Made by a program: the position numbers and the translations under genes
Notes under the pieces: model-generated
The model's database searches: none
What the model saw: only the letters and a program-made list of their open reading frames with translations
Told to the model about the DNA's origin: nothing
Shown here: positions 1-13,945 of the stretch, piece by piece
How the letters are laid out: each line of letters starts with the position of its first letter
Numbering within the stretch: position 1 is the stretch's first letter
From: Paraspadella gotoi
Lineage: Eukaryota > Animalia > Chaetognatha
Length of the DNA: 64,000 nt
Direction: 5' to 3'
Assembly (NCBI GenBank): GCA_051294375.1
Contig: CM119267.1
Location: forward strand, 18,695,439 to 18,759,438

Positions 1-6
1 TTTTGT

Positions 7-432
7 TGCCAAATAAGGTAATCGTGTCTCGGACGAACGACGGATCTTCGACCGAACCTGGATTCTCGTCCGGGTTTTTTTTCTTTTTCCTGTTTCGCAG
101 AGGGCGTGCTCTGTTTCAGGGACATTCGATTCGTCGGACGAATCGTTAGAGACGAACTAAACCGCAGGCTGGCTGAGTTATTGCTTTTTTTTTTACCTAA
201 GAGTGAACCAAGATTGGTTATTGGTGTTTAAGACTTTTTTGGTGTACAAAGTACATAATATTAGTTCGGATTATGTTAGGCCACTTTCTCAATTTGTCAA
301 TATGACCTGCCCGGTGAGCAGTGACCAGTGAGCACACTTATTCAGACTTACAACGGGCAGAGTGCCCTTTTGTGAGAAATTAAAGAACCGCTGATCGTAA
401 ATCGTAAATAAAACGGAAAAAAAAGAAACAAA
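7..432 (+). repeat. Indel-rich direct copy of 1271-1800 (probable assembly duplicate)
   Basis: Colinear match, e.g. cgtgtctcgg..acgaacg, caatatgac..ctgcccggt, cttacaacgggcagagtgccc. Differences are almost all 1-bp indels, and the copy ends at an N gap. Confidence 0.8.
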
Positions 433-683
433 NNNNNNNNNNACTATGCAATGAATCTTAACTTTTTTTTTTATACATGTCGTTATTGATAGATTTTAAG
501 GTCAGTCTCGTGGCTGAACTCCATAAACTTTTAAAATATATTTTTATTATTCTCAAATATGTTTATATTAAATAAAAAATCGTTGTAGTACAAACTCTAA
601 ACTTTGTTTTCGCTAAAACACCAAAACACAACGAAACGAAAGGAATACCACATTATCTCAAATATGTTTAAAAAAGAGAAATA

Positions 684-735
684 TAGACAGACTGAAAACA
701 GTCTTATAAAGTCGCGTTTTATCGCGACTAAAAAT
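684..735 (-). mobile_element. Helentron/HINE (DINE-1-like) terminal motif
   Basis: Minus strand reads ATTTTTAGTCGCGataaaACGCGACTTTATAAG followed by a GTCT-type remnant. The same motif occurs at 12778 and 47866. Confidence 0.5.
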
Positions 736-1069
736 TCTATGCATTTAGTATCGAGATCAAGTTAATACTTACGTTTTTTCATCTTTGTATTACCATTACG
801 TGCTCAAAGAATATATTATTAAGTCAAGTTCCTAGTAAAATGAGATCATTGCCAAAACTCGAAATGTCGAATGTTGAATACCAAACCGAAATTGTGTTTC
901 ACCTTTTCATTTGGCGACATTAGCACGGCAAGAATATCAAGGGAGACAATATTTCGTATATTTCAAACGTTCAAATCTTAAACTGCATCAATTACTTCAC
1001 TAATAAGACTCAAATATACGTAATTAGTATTTTCCCGGGACACATATTCCTTTTCCGGAATTTCCCGCG

Positions 1070-1109
1070 GCCTCCGCCGCAGCCGCCTCCGCCGCAGCCG
1101 CCTCCGCCG
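1070..1109 (+). repeat. 12-bp GC-rich tandem (GCCTCCGCCGCA)n running into a gap
   Basis: About three consecutive units visible before the 25-N gap. Confidence 0.8.
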
Positions 1110-2012
1110 NNNNNNNNNNNNNNNNNNNNNNNNNACCCCCACAGCCTACCAGCCGCCATCTCGCGCAGCCGCATCCGCCGCGGATGGGCCCGCTATGGCT
1201 CGATCGCCGAATGTGTCCGCACTTTGGTGGGAATAAACTCGTTTTCGCCGACTCAAAAAAATTTTTGATTGCCAGTAATAAGCGTTAATTCGTGTCTCGG
1301 CACGAACGGACGCGGTATCTTACGCCAACTGATTCTCAGCTCGGCGGTTTCTTTTCGTTTTCCTGTGTTCGCAGAGGCGTGCTCTAGTTTCCAGGGACAT
1401 TCGATACTAGTAGCGGGACGAATTCCGCTCTTAGAGCTGACCGTAACTAAACCGCAGCGTTGGCTGCAGTTTCATTTGCTTTTTTTTTTTGACCTGCGAG
1501 TATTGCTTGACCAAGATTAAGCGTTATGGTGTTTACAGACTTTTTTGCGGTTGCGTTTTACAAAGATACTACTAGATTATATAGCTTTCGGATTATTGTG
1601 TAGGCCATCTACTCTCACTATCCTTTATGTCAATATGACTCTGCCCGGTCGCTTTAGCACGCTGACACGTTGAGCACCCACTTATACTCAGATCTTACAA
1701 CGGGCAGAGTGCCCTATTTTGCTGAGAAATTAATATGACCCCGCTGATCTCGTAATATTCGTAAACTAGTAAACACGGACAAGAATATAGAAGAAACCAA
1801 AGCCACATCGACCAAAAAAGAGAATATTTTGATGTCATTAAAGCCAATTTATCGAAAAAATGACCTTCGATTTTTCGTCGATTCCGACATTTTTTCCTGC
1901 GCTTCCATTCCGAGAAATAAAAAACCAAATACTCTTTGCCAACGTACACTGAGAGCAAATTCTAGCGAGGTCGAACAGTATTGAGAAAGATTTTAACAGT
2001 GATTTCGCTCTT

Positions 2013-2342
2013 CAGGAGCAGTCGCGAAATCATTTAATCTAATATTTGGAGCTTGGTTAACGTATCGTTTCAACTTAGTGTGATTTCTGCTTCCGTGAAT
2101 AATATCGCATCATCTCAAATCAATAATTCTCATCAAGTTATTTAAGAAAATTCTAGCCCGGACTCGCCCTCAGTCTATTAACAAGTTAAATAACTTACGT
2201 TCTGTTTTCGAGCATGAATTTGTCAAGAGGTTAATATATAAAATAATCCATCATTTTTCACTCTCTTCACCAAACGTCTCTTCGATCATAGATCGATTTA
2301 CTCTTTACTTTGAAAGCCACGATGTATAACTGAAATTTAAAT
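2013..2342 (+). repeat. Degenerate direct copy of 5122-5400
   Basis: Shared caggag..gtc..gaaatcatttaa, atgaatttgtcaaga(a)ggttaatatataaaa and aagccacgat. Confidence 0.7.
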
Positions 2343-2459
2343 TTATTTTATCGAGGCTTGACGGGACAGCCGGGGTCAGCGCCTTTAATGTTGTTTAGGT
2401 TGGATTCTTTGTTGACGTCGTCGTTCCGTTCGTTCCCGCTCGCCGGCTTTTGAATTAGC

Positions 2460-3010
2460 TGGGACCTTACCGTTTTTTTTTAAATAAAATTTATTATGAT
2501 TATTATACAAGTTTTTACATACAAAGTGTGCGATCATAAGTAAGTTAAAAACTTAGCATATGGCTTCTCAACTTGAAACTAGCTTTTGATTATTTTCTTA
2601 TTACATTTGAATTTAAGTATTTTTTGTTTGAATTTCCATTTTCATTATGATTGTCACTGCATATAGCAAATGAGATTCATTTAGTACTCATGTATGAATA
2701 TCCAGAATTAGTATATTAGAAATGCTATTAAGCTAATTTACATATTGCCAGTATATAATATTGAAGATGAAATTTCATGATAAAATTTTTTTGTTAAATT
2801 TCGTAGTAAAAATGGAACTTTCAAAGGACATTTTATTAAATGAGTAGCTATTATATCTTGAATTTTAATACCAAAGTAAAAAATAACACAATCTTTTTAC
2901 AAGCTGCGATTGGAAAAGCAATAAAAATACAATTTTGGAATACAAAGTTTCAATTGTAAACCATTGTCATACATTTTTGTGTGCCTTTCTTATTATTTAT
3001 ATTCATATAT
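2460..3010 (-). mobile_element. AT-rich interspersed repeat, inverted copy of 45240-45720
   Basis: Reverse complement of 2521-2570 matches gagaagccatat..aacttac..atgatcgcacacttt at 45620-45665, and the match is colinear over about 500 bp. Confidence 0.7.
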
Positions 3011-3019
3011 ATTCTTTTT

Positions 3020-3230
3020 TAGGCGGCGTGCCTTTTCTGAATCGTTTTTATAAAAGACCGAGTTCAGTTTCTCTCTGTCTCTCGTTTGTGTTGCGATCTC
3101 TTGCGTGATCGTTCGTTTTTTGAAAAATCTTCTTGGATATTTTTTTCTTTTTTTAAAAACAATATAATTTGATCAGGCGCGGCTCTCTCTGGAATCCGTA
3201 AACCAAAAAACTGAGGTTCAGTGCATCTCT
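3020..3230 (-). repeat. Short dispersed repeat associated with (GA)n tracts
   Basis: Related to gcagagctgaactcgtttttagacgaatcagaaga at 40091, 43660 and 44843, and to aaaacgaacgatcacgcaagagatcg at 43575. Confidence 0.6.
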
Positions 3231-6200
3231 CTCTCTCTCTCAGCCTTCCGTCCTCCTCTCTCTTCTCTCTTCTCTCTCTCTCTCTCTTCTCTCTTCTCTC
3301 TCTTTTTTCTCCAAAAAAAAAAGTTAATTCAGCTTTTGTTTTACCACCCGTTTTTGAAAATCCTTATGATTTCTTTTCCCTTCTTTAAAACCTTTAGTCA
3401 TACGCCATTTTATGCTCCGCGCTTTCTTTCTTCACATACAAAATCCCAAATACATCTGAGTATTTTCGTGAGATTTTTTTGAGAAAATGTGCACAAGACA
3501 TACACTTACTTGACCTGGATTTCGCTGGGCCGCTTGCGGCGGCCTGCCTCCTTTTACCACGTCTCGGCGGTCGGCAACGGACGTAAACCAGATGTCGGGG
3601 AAACATGACCTACGCTCGATTATAACGCGCTCTTTGATGGGCCAACGGAAAAACGTTACGTGTCATAATATAAAAATCAAATCTTGACCGAATGATCCAC
3701 GCCGATATAAACAAGAGTGACCTAATATTTGCGTATTCGCTTTGGCGGGCGAAACTTCTCTCTCTCTCTCTTCTCCTTCTCCTCTCTCTCTCGTCTCTCT
3801 GCTCCTCTCTTCTTTTGTTACAAAAAAAATAATAAATTCACTGTAACACGAGTAAGACGTCCTCTCGTCTCTGCCTCTCTCTCTCTCTCTCTCTGACCTA
3901 TCTTTCTCCTCTATCGTCTCTCTCTCTCTCTTTCCTCTCTTTCTACTCTTTTTATGTACAAAAATCTAATTTTTTAGTCACACTTTTTTCACCTCCTTCA
4001 CTTAAACGATAGTTTCCGCGCTCTCTCTATCACTCTCTCTTCTCGTTTTTTTTTTTACTACAACATTACAAATCAATTTTTTCCTTAGTCACTTTTGACC
4101 GCGCTTGCTTCGAACACGGCGTACGAGTCCACACGGCAGTACACCAGCATCGCTTCTAGCGTGCTTCTGTTTCTAGCATCTTCTCTCGTTCTCTTCTCTC
4201 CTCTCTTCTCCCTTATCTGCCTGGCTCTCTATGATGTACGGGATTCGTTCGTTATTTTGAAAAATTCTTATTATTTTTTTCCTTCTAAAATACTCTTTAT
4301 CTTATGCCTGCCATTTCATTATTTGTTCTATATACAAAATCCCATTACACTCCGATGCCATTTTCTATGATTCATTTTAGTAATAAGAAAGATGCAGTGG
4401 CAAGGTCACGATGTACATTCAGCTTTGCTGTGCGTGTTGTACATATAGCTGCTTATTATGTCCCGGGCAAACTTGCGCGGATTAATTACATTGGCATATA
4501 TAACTTGTCCTACCGTCGAAAAGTATTTTTTTCCAGTTTTTGTTTATTACGTGTAACTTTGGACCGGTCGTCGGCCCTACGATTGGCAAATATATCTAAA
4601 AAGGGTTGAGAAGAAGATATGTCAAATTAGAACATCGCTCACTTTTCTTTGGTTATTCCTTAGACAATGTTTTACGAATGGTTTAAAATTTGAAATTTTT
4701 TTTAGCTGGTATATAGTTTATCATATATTATTATTTTTTAAGAATAATAATTATTTGATGGATATAATATTTATACAATCAGGTTAAATATGCAAATATG
4801 ATAATTTGACCTCCTGTGTTGGTTGCTTTTCTTAAAAAAAAAGAACAATCTAAAATTTCATTCAAGATTTAAAACCTTTTTTTGAAGATGAGTACTGCGA
4901 AGATTTTTTGGTGGTGTGTAGTAAGTTGGATACACGGGATCATATAAACCCAAGTATGGGTGGGAAAAGTGTGAAGAGGATGAGTTGTCGGGGCCTAGCT
5001 CCAGAAATACGTTTCGAAAAACCGAGTTTCAAGCTCTAGGACAGGTCCTGATGAGTGGCCACCTGCTTACCATTCTCTCTCGTTTCCTCCTCTCTCTTCT
5101 ATATTTACTTCTTCTCCTTCTCAGGAGAGTCGGAAATCATTTAACTAATTTTTGAGGCGTTTTAAGTATTCGTTGTTAACTTAGGTGTTCCTTTTGAAAA
5201 ATCGCAAATCTCAAAATAAATCTTTCAAGTAATTTATTAAAGCGCAATAAAAAATGTCAACCATCGCTCATATGTTAATAGAAAATTTAACTAACCTATG
5301 AATGAATTTGTCAAGAAGGTTAATATATAAAAAGAATCCATATTTTATCCTGACAAAACGTTCGAAGATTGCTCTTAAGCCACGATATAACCGATTAAAT
5401 TCATAGTTTTTATAAATTTTAAACGGTTTTATACGTGGAATTAAAAAATAAATAATAGATAAGAAGTTTTAAGAATTAAACGTTGGAAAATTATAAAAAG
5501 CAAAGAAATAAAACAATTCCGCCTTTAACTCGCCGNNNNNNNNNNNNNNNNNNNNNNNNNNNNNNNNNNNNNNNNNNNNNNNNNNNNNNNNNNNNNNNNN
5601 NNNNNNNNNNNNNNNNNNNNNNNNNNNNNNNNNNNNNNNNNNNNNNNNNNNNNNNNNNNNNNNNNNNNNNNNNNNNNNNNNNNNNNNNNNNNNNNNNNNN
5701 NNNNNNNNNNNNNNNNNNNNNNNNNNNNNNNNNNNNNNNNNNNNNNNNNNNNNNNNNNNNNNNNNNNNNNNNNNNNNNNNNNNNNNNNNNNNNNNNNNNN
5801 NNNNNNNNNNNNNNNNNNNNNNNNNNNNNNNNNNNNNNNNNNNNNNNNNNNNNNNNNNNNNNNNNNNNNNNNNNNNNNNNNNNNNNNNNNNNNNNNNNNN
5901 NNNNNNNNNNNNNNNNNNNNNNNNNNNNNNNNNNNNNNNNNNNNTGTGTGTGTGATCAACTGGACTGACTGGATAAGGAGCGGGGTAAGAGCAGCGTTGA
6001 GATTGGGTCCCCTTGAAACAAGTAGAGAAAACTGAACGAGGTGCAAAAATTAGATCTCAGGGATGAGATCGACCGGAATTACTAAAGTCGGTCAAAAGGT
6101 TAGAACAAGGAAAGGTTGAGGCTGGCCGAATGAAATCGACAGGAATAAAGTTAAACGAGATGATCAAATGGTGTAGCGTTTATGATTAGCTGGTTCGAGT

Positions 6201-7154
6201 GATGGGATACTGAAATGATTGATAGAAGCGAAATGATTGAACGGTTAAGAAAAGAGAACGAAAGCAGATGATATATGGTTCCTATGGACAAGAAAATTGT
6301 ACTGAAAGTCGTATTGGATTTACAAAAAAAAATGGACCAAAGGAAAAACGTGTTCCAACGTCTTGAAGTCTAAAAAGGTTTCCCTAATCCTGGGACAAGC
6401 GGACCCCGGCCGATCTCAGTCAAACGCTTTTTTTCTTTTATCGTCTTCCTAACGACTCACGGGAAGTGAAAAAATGGGAAGAAAAAAAATCAAGACTGCA
6501 TAATCGGTCCGTCGGTTTACGATAAAACGGATTTCTGCCAGAGCTTTTATCTGGAGATAAAACCGATTAAGACGGAGGCTGGGAGGGGGGAGGGGGGAAA
6601 ATGGTGGTTTTTAAGGGGGGGCGTGAGGGGCTGGGGGGGATTGAGTGGGGTAGGGAAGCGACGTTTGCAATAAAGGAAAATAAGAAAAGAGAAGAAAAGA
6701 AAAGAATAAATCGGAAAGGGAAGAAGGGCATGAAATGATAAGCAGAAAAAAAAATAAAGGAAGAATGAAAAAAAAAGAAAAACTGGAAAAAAAAGATTAA
6801 AAAAAATAAGCAGGAAAAAGTCAGAAAAAGAAAAAAAATAAGAAGAAAAAATACGCTTCTTGGAATCCACTCAACAAATTCTTTTCTTTTATCTTTTTTT
6901 AGATTTGATTTTTTTTCCTTGAACTTCTTCTACTACGAAGAGCCTCACAAAAGTGACGTATTTCACGCACTTGTGAGTTGTGACAGAGTTGTCGCTTTTC
7001 AGGCGAAAAAACATGAAACGATTAAAAAAACTCTTTTGGTTTTACACCACAATCACTAGTACATTACACGAATTTTGGATTTTTTATATCTAAAGACTGA
7101 GGCGAAATTTTTTCTATATTTGGAAGCAAGTGTGTTATCTTACGATTCGATTCG

Positions 7155-7185
7155 GTTGCGCCAAATCACGTGGGCCACGCCCATT
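7155..7185 (+). promoter_or_regulatory. Clustered E2F-like, E-box and KLF/Sp-like motifs
   Basis: GCGCCAAA, CACGTG and GCCACGCCCA lie adjacent within 30 bp. Motif match only. Confidence 0.25.
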
Positions 7186-8041
7186 GCGGATTTCAAGACC
7201 TGTCAATCGAAGAAGAAAAAGAAATAAAGAAAAGAAGAATGAAAGAAGGAATGAAAGAAAACACAAAGAAACAAAGAAATATACATAAAAATGACAAAGG
7301 ACTGAGAGAGCCTTCCCATCGGATCTCTCATCCCTGGATTTTCGTCCGCGTCCTTCGACCATTCCCCCTCCCGTCCATTTATTTATCCTTCTCCTTCTCA
7401 TTCGATTTCGTGAAAGTTTTACCCCATCGACAAGCAAGGTTGGTTCTATTCTCTTGTGGAGATTAACGTAATGAGTGCCTCCCTCCAGTATAATTCGTTA
7501 TCGAAATCGCACTCTTCTTTTCTACTCTCTTCTCTCTATCTTCTTCTCTTTCTTCTTTTGTCCCTCTTGCTCCTCTTCCCCCTCTCTCCTCATTTCTCTC
7601 CTGTTATTAATCCTACCTCTCTCTTCTCTATTCTTTTTTCCTTTACTCGTTACTCTTTCCCGTAGTATCTTCTTTTCTTTCCTGATTCCTGCTCTTTCTA
7701 TCTCTTCTCTCTCCCTCTCTCTCTCTGCTTTCCCCCCTCTCTCTCTCGTCCGTCACTTCCTCTCTCCTCCTCTCTCCTCGCTCTCGTCTTCTCTCCCTCC
7801 TCTCTCTCTCCTCTTTCTCTCTCCTCTTCTCTCTCTCTCCTCCTTTGCCACTCGCTCTCTCGGATCTTTCCCCTTTTCTCTCTACTCTTCTTCCCTCCTT
7901 CTTCTCCTCTCGTCTCTCCTCTTCTCTCTCTCTCTCTTCTGTTTGATGTGCTCTATCATTCCTCCTTCTATTTCTATGTCTTTCCTACTTTTCCTTTGTC
8001 TCTCTCGAGTCCTCTTNNNNNNNNNNNNNNNNNNNNNNNNN

Positions 8042-8077
<36 letters not shown>

Positions 8078-9562
8078 AAGGTGATTATCGATAACGATTC
8101 TGGAAGCTCATTCGTTTCTCCAGAGAATGAGCCCAACCTTCTTTCGATTCTTCGAAACGTGGGGGGGAATTCGAGACGACATCAGGGATAGAGATCGATG
8201 AAGAAGAACCAAGAATATGGATCCCTTTTTTTTGGGTCATGAATAATTCGTTGAAAAAAGAGTTGCAGAAAGTAATAAGCAGTTATTTTACGAATTCTAG
8301 AAAAAAGGGACAGGGAGAAGAAGAAGATATTGCAACCTAAATATTTAATGGAGCTTCAAATTGAATTAAGTAATAAATAAACAATTTAAAATCTAACGCA
8401 ATCGTTCGTTTTCAGCGTGAATCCTTTCGGTGAATTCATCACCTTTGAATCCCAATTGGCTCAACCCGTCGATGTCTTTCTCATCTTCCAAGAAGAAAAT
8501 AAAGGAATCGGGTTTAGTTATTTGTTGCCGCCAAAGAAAAAGGTAAACGAATGAAAAAAGATTTAAAAATATAAAATAATGTACTCGTAATAGAATTTTT
8601 AATTGATAAAAAAAGTTTCGCCGATTTGAATACGATCTTTTTAAATAATTACCGGTTGATAAAACCACTCCGATATGCCAATCAGATATCAATGCCCGCA
8701 AAAGAAAAACTATTACTGATCAATAGCCTAAAAAGTGCCACGTTTTTTTAAAAAAATTCCAAATTTTTCTCCCCCGATTAGTTCAACGCTTAAATGTTAA
8801 GACTTAACTTGTTAAATGTTAAGACTTAACTTAAGTCAGCTGATTCCTTCTAATTCGCCTCATCCTAAAAAAAAGAGTTGAAAAAAGTAAAAAGAAGTAT
8901 TTTTGTTTTCGCTCTAAATATTCGTTGCCAAAAAACTTTTCTTGACGGAGAGTATTGCATTTCCATGACAAAGTGACGCGACGGCGCGAGAAGAATAAAG
9001 CTAACCACAATTTTTTTTTGACAAAACAACAAAACAAAAAAAAAAAACAAAAAATAGAAACGTAAGATAAAAAAAAACGTGTGCGAGAATTTTGCACTCG
9101 CTTACAGATCGTTGTTTCATCTGATCACGTTAACCTGATTCAATTTTTGATTATTCTTTTGCGCTTAAATCAAATCAAATTTTAATGCGGAACAGCATTA
9201 AACTAATCCATTATTGGTATTAATTATTGTGTTAAAATATTTTTTGCAAAAATGTTCCGAACGCCATGAGTAATTCGCTAATTAATAATATTATATTGCT
9301 ATAAAATGGTACAAGATCAATATAATATATATGATATAATGTTAAAAATTTTTTTTGATATTTTAAGTTTTTTTAATTGATTCGATAGAGCTTAAAAAGT
9401 TAAGCAAAAATAAATAATTACTAACTTTTTATATTTTGATGTTTTATTACTACAAGAAATAGTAAAACAACTGCTAAAATCATCGGATGGCATGATCGAT
9501 AATGATGAGTTATTTTAAGTGTTTTTCTCAATTTTAACTCCACTTAATCATGCAAAATATTG

Positions 9563-9810
9563 AAAAAAGAATTATACTTTGTGTAGTATAAACTTTTCAT
9601 AAGCATATTTGAATTGCTTTTAAAATAAATAAAAAAAATTTTTAAAAATTTTGACATTTTCCGCTATCTATAATACAATATTAAAAATTAATTGCTAATG
9701 GCTTTCCCTTTCCATTTTTAGAAAAATTTTGCTCCATGAAAGTCTTTCTCAGAAATGTATTGAATTTATTTGAAAGGTTCCCAATCAAACTTCTGACCCA
9801 CCCCATTTGC
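9563..9810 (+). mobile_element. Old non-autonomous DNA-transposon-like repeat (other copies 36520-36770, 43755-43870)
   Basis: aaaaaagaattatactttgtgtag is shared with 36523. The cca(t)tgaaagt..aaatgtat..tgac(t/c)caccccatt block is shared with 36676 and 43774. Confidence 0.6.
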
Positions 9811-10937
9811 ACGAAGTTTGGCTCTACTTGATATTTATCTTTATTTTATCAAATAAAAAAAAAAAACGGGTAAAAAGAAAAGACGAAACTTGAAAACGAG
9901 GTTTTCAAAAATGAGGAGGAAGAGGAAGAGGACGAGCGCTCGACCGAGGAGACGGCGGAGGATCCAACTTTAAAAGGTAAGAAGAAAGGAAAAGAAAGGA
10001 AAAGAAAGNNNNNNNNNNGAAAAGAAAGGAAAAGAAAGGAAAAGGAAAGTTTTATTGAGAAAAAAAGAAGAGAAAAGAAGTGAAAAAAAAGAAAAAAAGA
10101 AAAAATTTAAAACGATGAGTAAGAAAATGAAAAAAAATGATGAGAGCCAAAAATTTGGGAAAAAAAGGATGTTGAATGACAAATCACAATAAGAAAAAAA
10201 AAAGAAGCCAACCAACAAAACTAGTACGTAAAAAAACCTTCAAGGTTGATATAAAAATAAAAAAATAAAAAATTAGATGTTGATAAAATGGAAATAAAAG
10301 TCGGAACAAAATCACAGAGACAAAGACTGAAAAAAAAAGAAGCGAAACCAACTTAGCTCGACTCCGAGACAATCCTCTGATGACGATGGGCGGATGGAAA
10401 CCGACTTCCCCCCTCGCCCCCTCCCCGACTCTCTCACCCCATCAAAAAAGAGTGAACACCAATGATGACAATTCGGGAATGAGGCTGACACTTGGCGAGA
10501 TGAGGTGAGAGAGATGAGATGAGGAGAGGGAGAGACAAAGTAATGATATAACAAAGGACATGACCTAGATGAGAAAGCATATTTTTTTGTCCTTCTCTCA
10601 GTCAGTCTCTCTCTCTCCCTCTTTCTGAAAATGTTAATCTCTCCAAGTGTCTCTCAGTCAGCCATTATTGCGTAATTCTAAAGTATTTTTTGCGTGAAAT
10701 AAATAGCACGAAAGTTGAAATCTAGAAAACAATAGACACTGACTCAAAATAAGAACGATTAATTTTTTTTCTTCGAAAACGAGATAAAAAGGCTCGCATC
10801 AGCACGAAGGCGAAAAAAACAACTTGGTAGTTGACTCTGGCTTGTTTACTCATGACACAATGTCAATATCTAATGACAATAACGGATGATGCAAAAAAAA
10901 GATAACAAATCACTATCAATTTAAAAAAAAAACTTCA

Positions 10938-11034
<97 letters not shown>

Positions 11035-11059
11035 CTCCTCCACTTCCATCACACGGCAG

Positions 11060-11359
11060 ATCGTCCGCGGGCAAAAGACAAAAGACCAACTGGCAAAGAG
11101 ATTGAAGCCCGTTATTAGCGAGAGTCGCCGATGTCGATAACACGGGAGGGGGCGTTGCAGCGCCGATTCTGGCGCCGATGCTGGGCTTTCTGCCGGCGCT
11201 ATCGGCACCAACATCGGCGGCGATGCCATCCTCCAAAGTAACGAAGTCGTCAATGGCGACGACGACGATGAGTACGTCCATAACAACGACGATGGATATA
11301 ACCGGAACAACAACAACAACAATAACAACAACGTCGAAAACTTAACTCAAAAAGACGAG
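11060..11359 (+). other. Possible exon (GC-rich, Asp/Asn- or Thr-rich), frame unresolved
   Basis: CT tract plus cag before 11060 and GAG|gtgaga donor at 11360, but every plus-strand frame contains a stop. Confidence 0.2.
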
Positions 11360-12777
11360 GTGAGATTTCGAATAAACTTTTTTTTTTGCTTTACATATTT
11401 AACCAATTTTGTTTCGCTAAAAAGAATCTATGATTGTTTTTTTTTGTTTTAGAACGTTTTTTCTTCTATGAAATAGGTTTTGTTGCAGCTTTAAAAATAT
11501 AATTATATTTAATAATGACAGTAGCAATGCTGAACGGTGAACATTCTCGCCAGCTTTCATATCGCTTTCATATCGGTCAGCCATTCTTCGAATCATTTAT
11601 CTTCAAGCGCCTAGAATGATAACATCAGATCCATATTCTTAGTCGTCGCTGATCAGATCCGATTGACCTCATTTCTCTTTACCTTATCATATCATCAGCG
11701 CTGCAGTCAGTCTAAGCCTTCCATTTTTGCACGGACAGACGGAAAGACCGTCAACGGAGAATGTGTCTTTGACTTTGCAATTTATTAATATTAATATTAA
11801 TATTCTTTGAGTATCGCCATCGACATCGACACCCAACCGCGTAAAGTCTATCCTCTAACGCGCATCGAACTGAACATTGAACAATGCCTCTTCCGCTGAT
11901 CCCTCTTCCATCCACCCTCCGATCCACTCAGCCACCCCAACCCACTCTCCCCCCCATCGACCCGAATAACGCCCTCTTCCGCGGATCATCTCAGATTTTC
12001 CGCGACGTCGACTCGAGTTTCGCTTCGCTTATTTTTCCCTCACCAAGAAAAAAACCCTTTGAACTGATGTCGAATCGGGAGTGGCGCGGTTGGTGTAGTG
12101 AGACAAAAGTGACGCTATTAGAGTGACGAGTTGGTAGTGACGCTGTTGGATTGGGTGCAGTGGCAGTGTCTCGATTGAAGGAGCACATTTAAAGCAACAC
12201 TTAGAGTGGAAGTTTAAGAGTGGCGAGTTAGGAGTTACTCTTTAGGAGTGGCGTTGGTTCTACAGTATGTCGAGACTAAATAAGTTGAATAAGCTAAACA
12301 AGTTGGGTTCCACAATTTATAAAAAAAAAAAAAATTGTGACATGGATTGCCTAAAACTCTACATGATACAGGATACATGATACAGGATTAAGATCGCATG
12401 TAAAATAGTCATTAGTCATTGTAGTATGAGTTCGGCAATAACTGAAAAATCTCCGCACTCATTCCGCGGAATAGGATTACGCGGCAGGAAAAAAACCCCG
12501 ATTTATCCAACTGTAGAGATGAAATCGACGAAGCGTCGACCTCCAGGTGTCCGCGTCACATCTCCGAGAATCGATCGAGAAAAAATAAAAAAAAGAGGAG
12601 AGACTCAACGTCATCCTCCGTTCGTCTCGGTAGTGAACGCCATCTTTTTTTTTATTTCCTCTTTTTCCGCCATTTTAGCCGAGGATGGACGAGGGAATAA
12701 AAAATGACGATAAAAGGTTGAGGGGTAAAAAATAGTGTTCCGTTTTTTATTTGACGAAATAACATCCTACTCCATTC

Positions 12778-12871
12778 TTTTTTAGTTGCGCCGCGAGTAC
12801 TCGTGGAGCAACTCTGTAAGTTATTTTTCGGTCGGTCTATCGGTCGGTATGTCTGTCCGTCGGTCTGTCCC
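12778..12871 (+). mobile_element. Helentron/HINE-like 5' end with GTCG/GTCC microsatellite
   Basis: ttttagttgcg..gcaactctgtaag followed by cggtcggtctatcggtcggtatgtctgtccgtcgg. Confidence 0.55.
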
Positions 12872-13651
12872 ACTTATGTTAAAAATGTATATAATTTGCC
12901 TATAGTTAGTTGCTCATTTATTAAAAAAGAAAAAACTTCAAATCTAAGGGACTGCTTGCCCCGCCTTTAGGAATTCCTAAAAATATAAAAAATAAAAGAC
13001 GAAATTTTGATGCAGTGCATGTCATGAATACACGTGCGAAGAAAGATTTTTAGTCATGTCATGTTATGTCATATCATATGATCAAAAGGAAATACATGCA
13101 AAATTAAAGTCACTGCGGCGCAACACATTGGAATTACCGTTCTTGTTTTATTTTAATTTCGCTCTTTTTCGCGCTTTTAAGATATTGAAAACCGTAAGAG
13201 TCTATGAAAGAGAGAAACCTTAAACCATAACCAATTCTCATCTATCTTTACGTGTTCCGCCAATACCCCCCCCAAAAAAAAATTTCATCCCCCATCGGCG
13301 GCAGGCGCTCCCCGGCCACGGATGGCGCTCCGCCGCGCCGCGTCAGAACGTCATAGAGACCCTGGACGTGAAGAACAGCCTCCCGCCCCCTCGCGGTCCG
13401 TCCACGGCGTGGCCTCGATCCATGATAGAGACGAGATCGGAAGAGGGTGAGAAATCCGCATTTTTTTGGTTGGTTTTTTTGTGGGGTGGGGTGAGGTGTC
13501 AGTTCTTAAGAAACGATATTTACCGGTTTTGTTTAACAATTGGTGATATTATTGATCCTAAAATTTAGTTATCAAAATTAAATTAACTTTTGCTTGGAGA
13601 TTCCATCGACTGAAGACTGAAGTGGATTAAGAAAGGGGATTCCCGAAATGG

Positions 13652-13945
13652 GTTTTTATTCGAATTATACATACTAATATACAATTGACAATACAAATAT
13701 ACAGTCTTTCATACAATTGAAACACTCTTTGAAATATTATTGCACTTCATTGATAGGGAAGCCAGATACTCTGGGAGTGAATAAACAAGACTGTGAGAGA
13801 GTCTTGATTGAAAGCTTGCAGGGACCTGCTTGGTCATTGTCTTGTGAGAGCGATGGAGGACTTACACCACCAAAGCCTGTCCAAAGTCAGGGGCAAGATA
13901 GCTTATTTATAATAATTTTTATATTGGTTGTACCAATTTCATACA
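13652..13945 (-). mobile_element. Possible LINE 3' remnant
   Basis: CpG-poor block; minus strand gives a frameshifted SYLAP.LW-like motif and ends in AATAAA. Shares 32 bp (ataatttttatattggttgtaccaatttcata) with 42152. Confidence 0.3.

Noticed and set aside
5047-5070. CTGATGAG hammerhead start
   Set aside because: No downstream GAAA or stem II.
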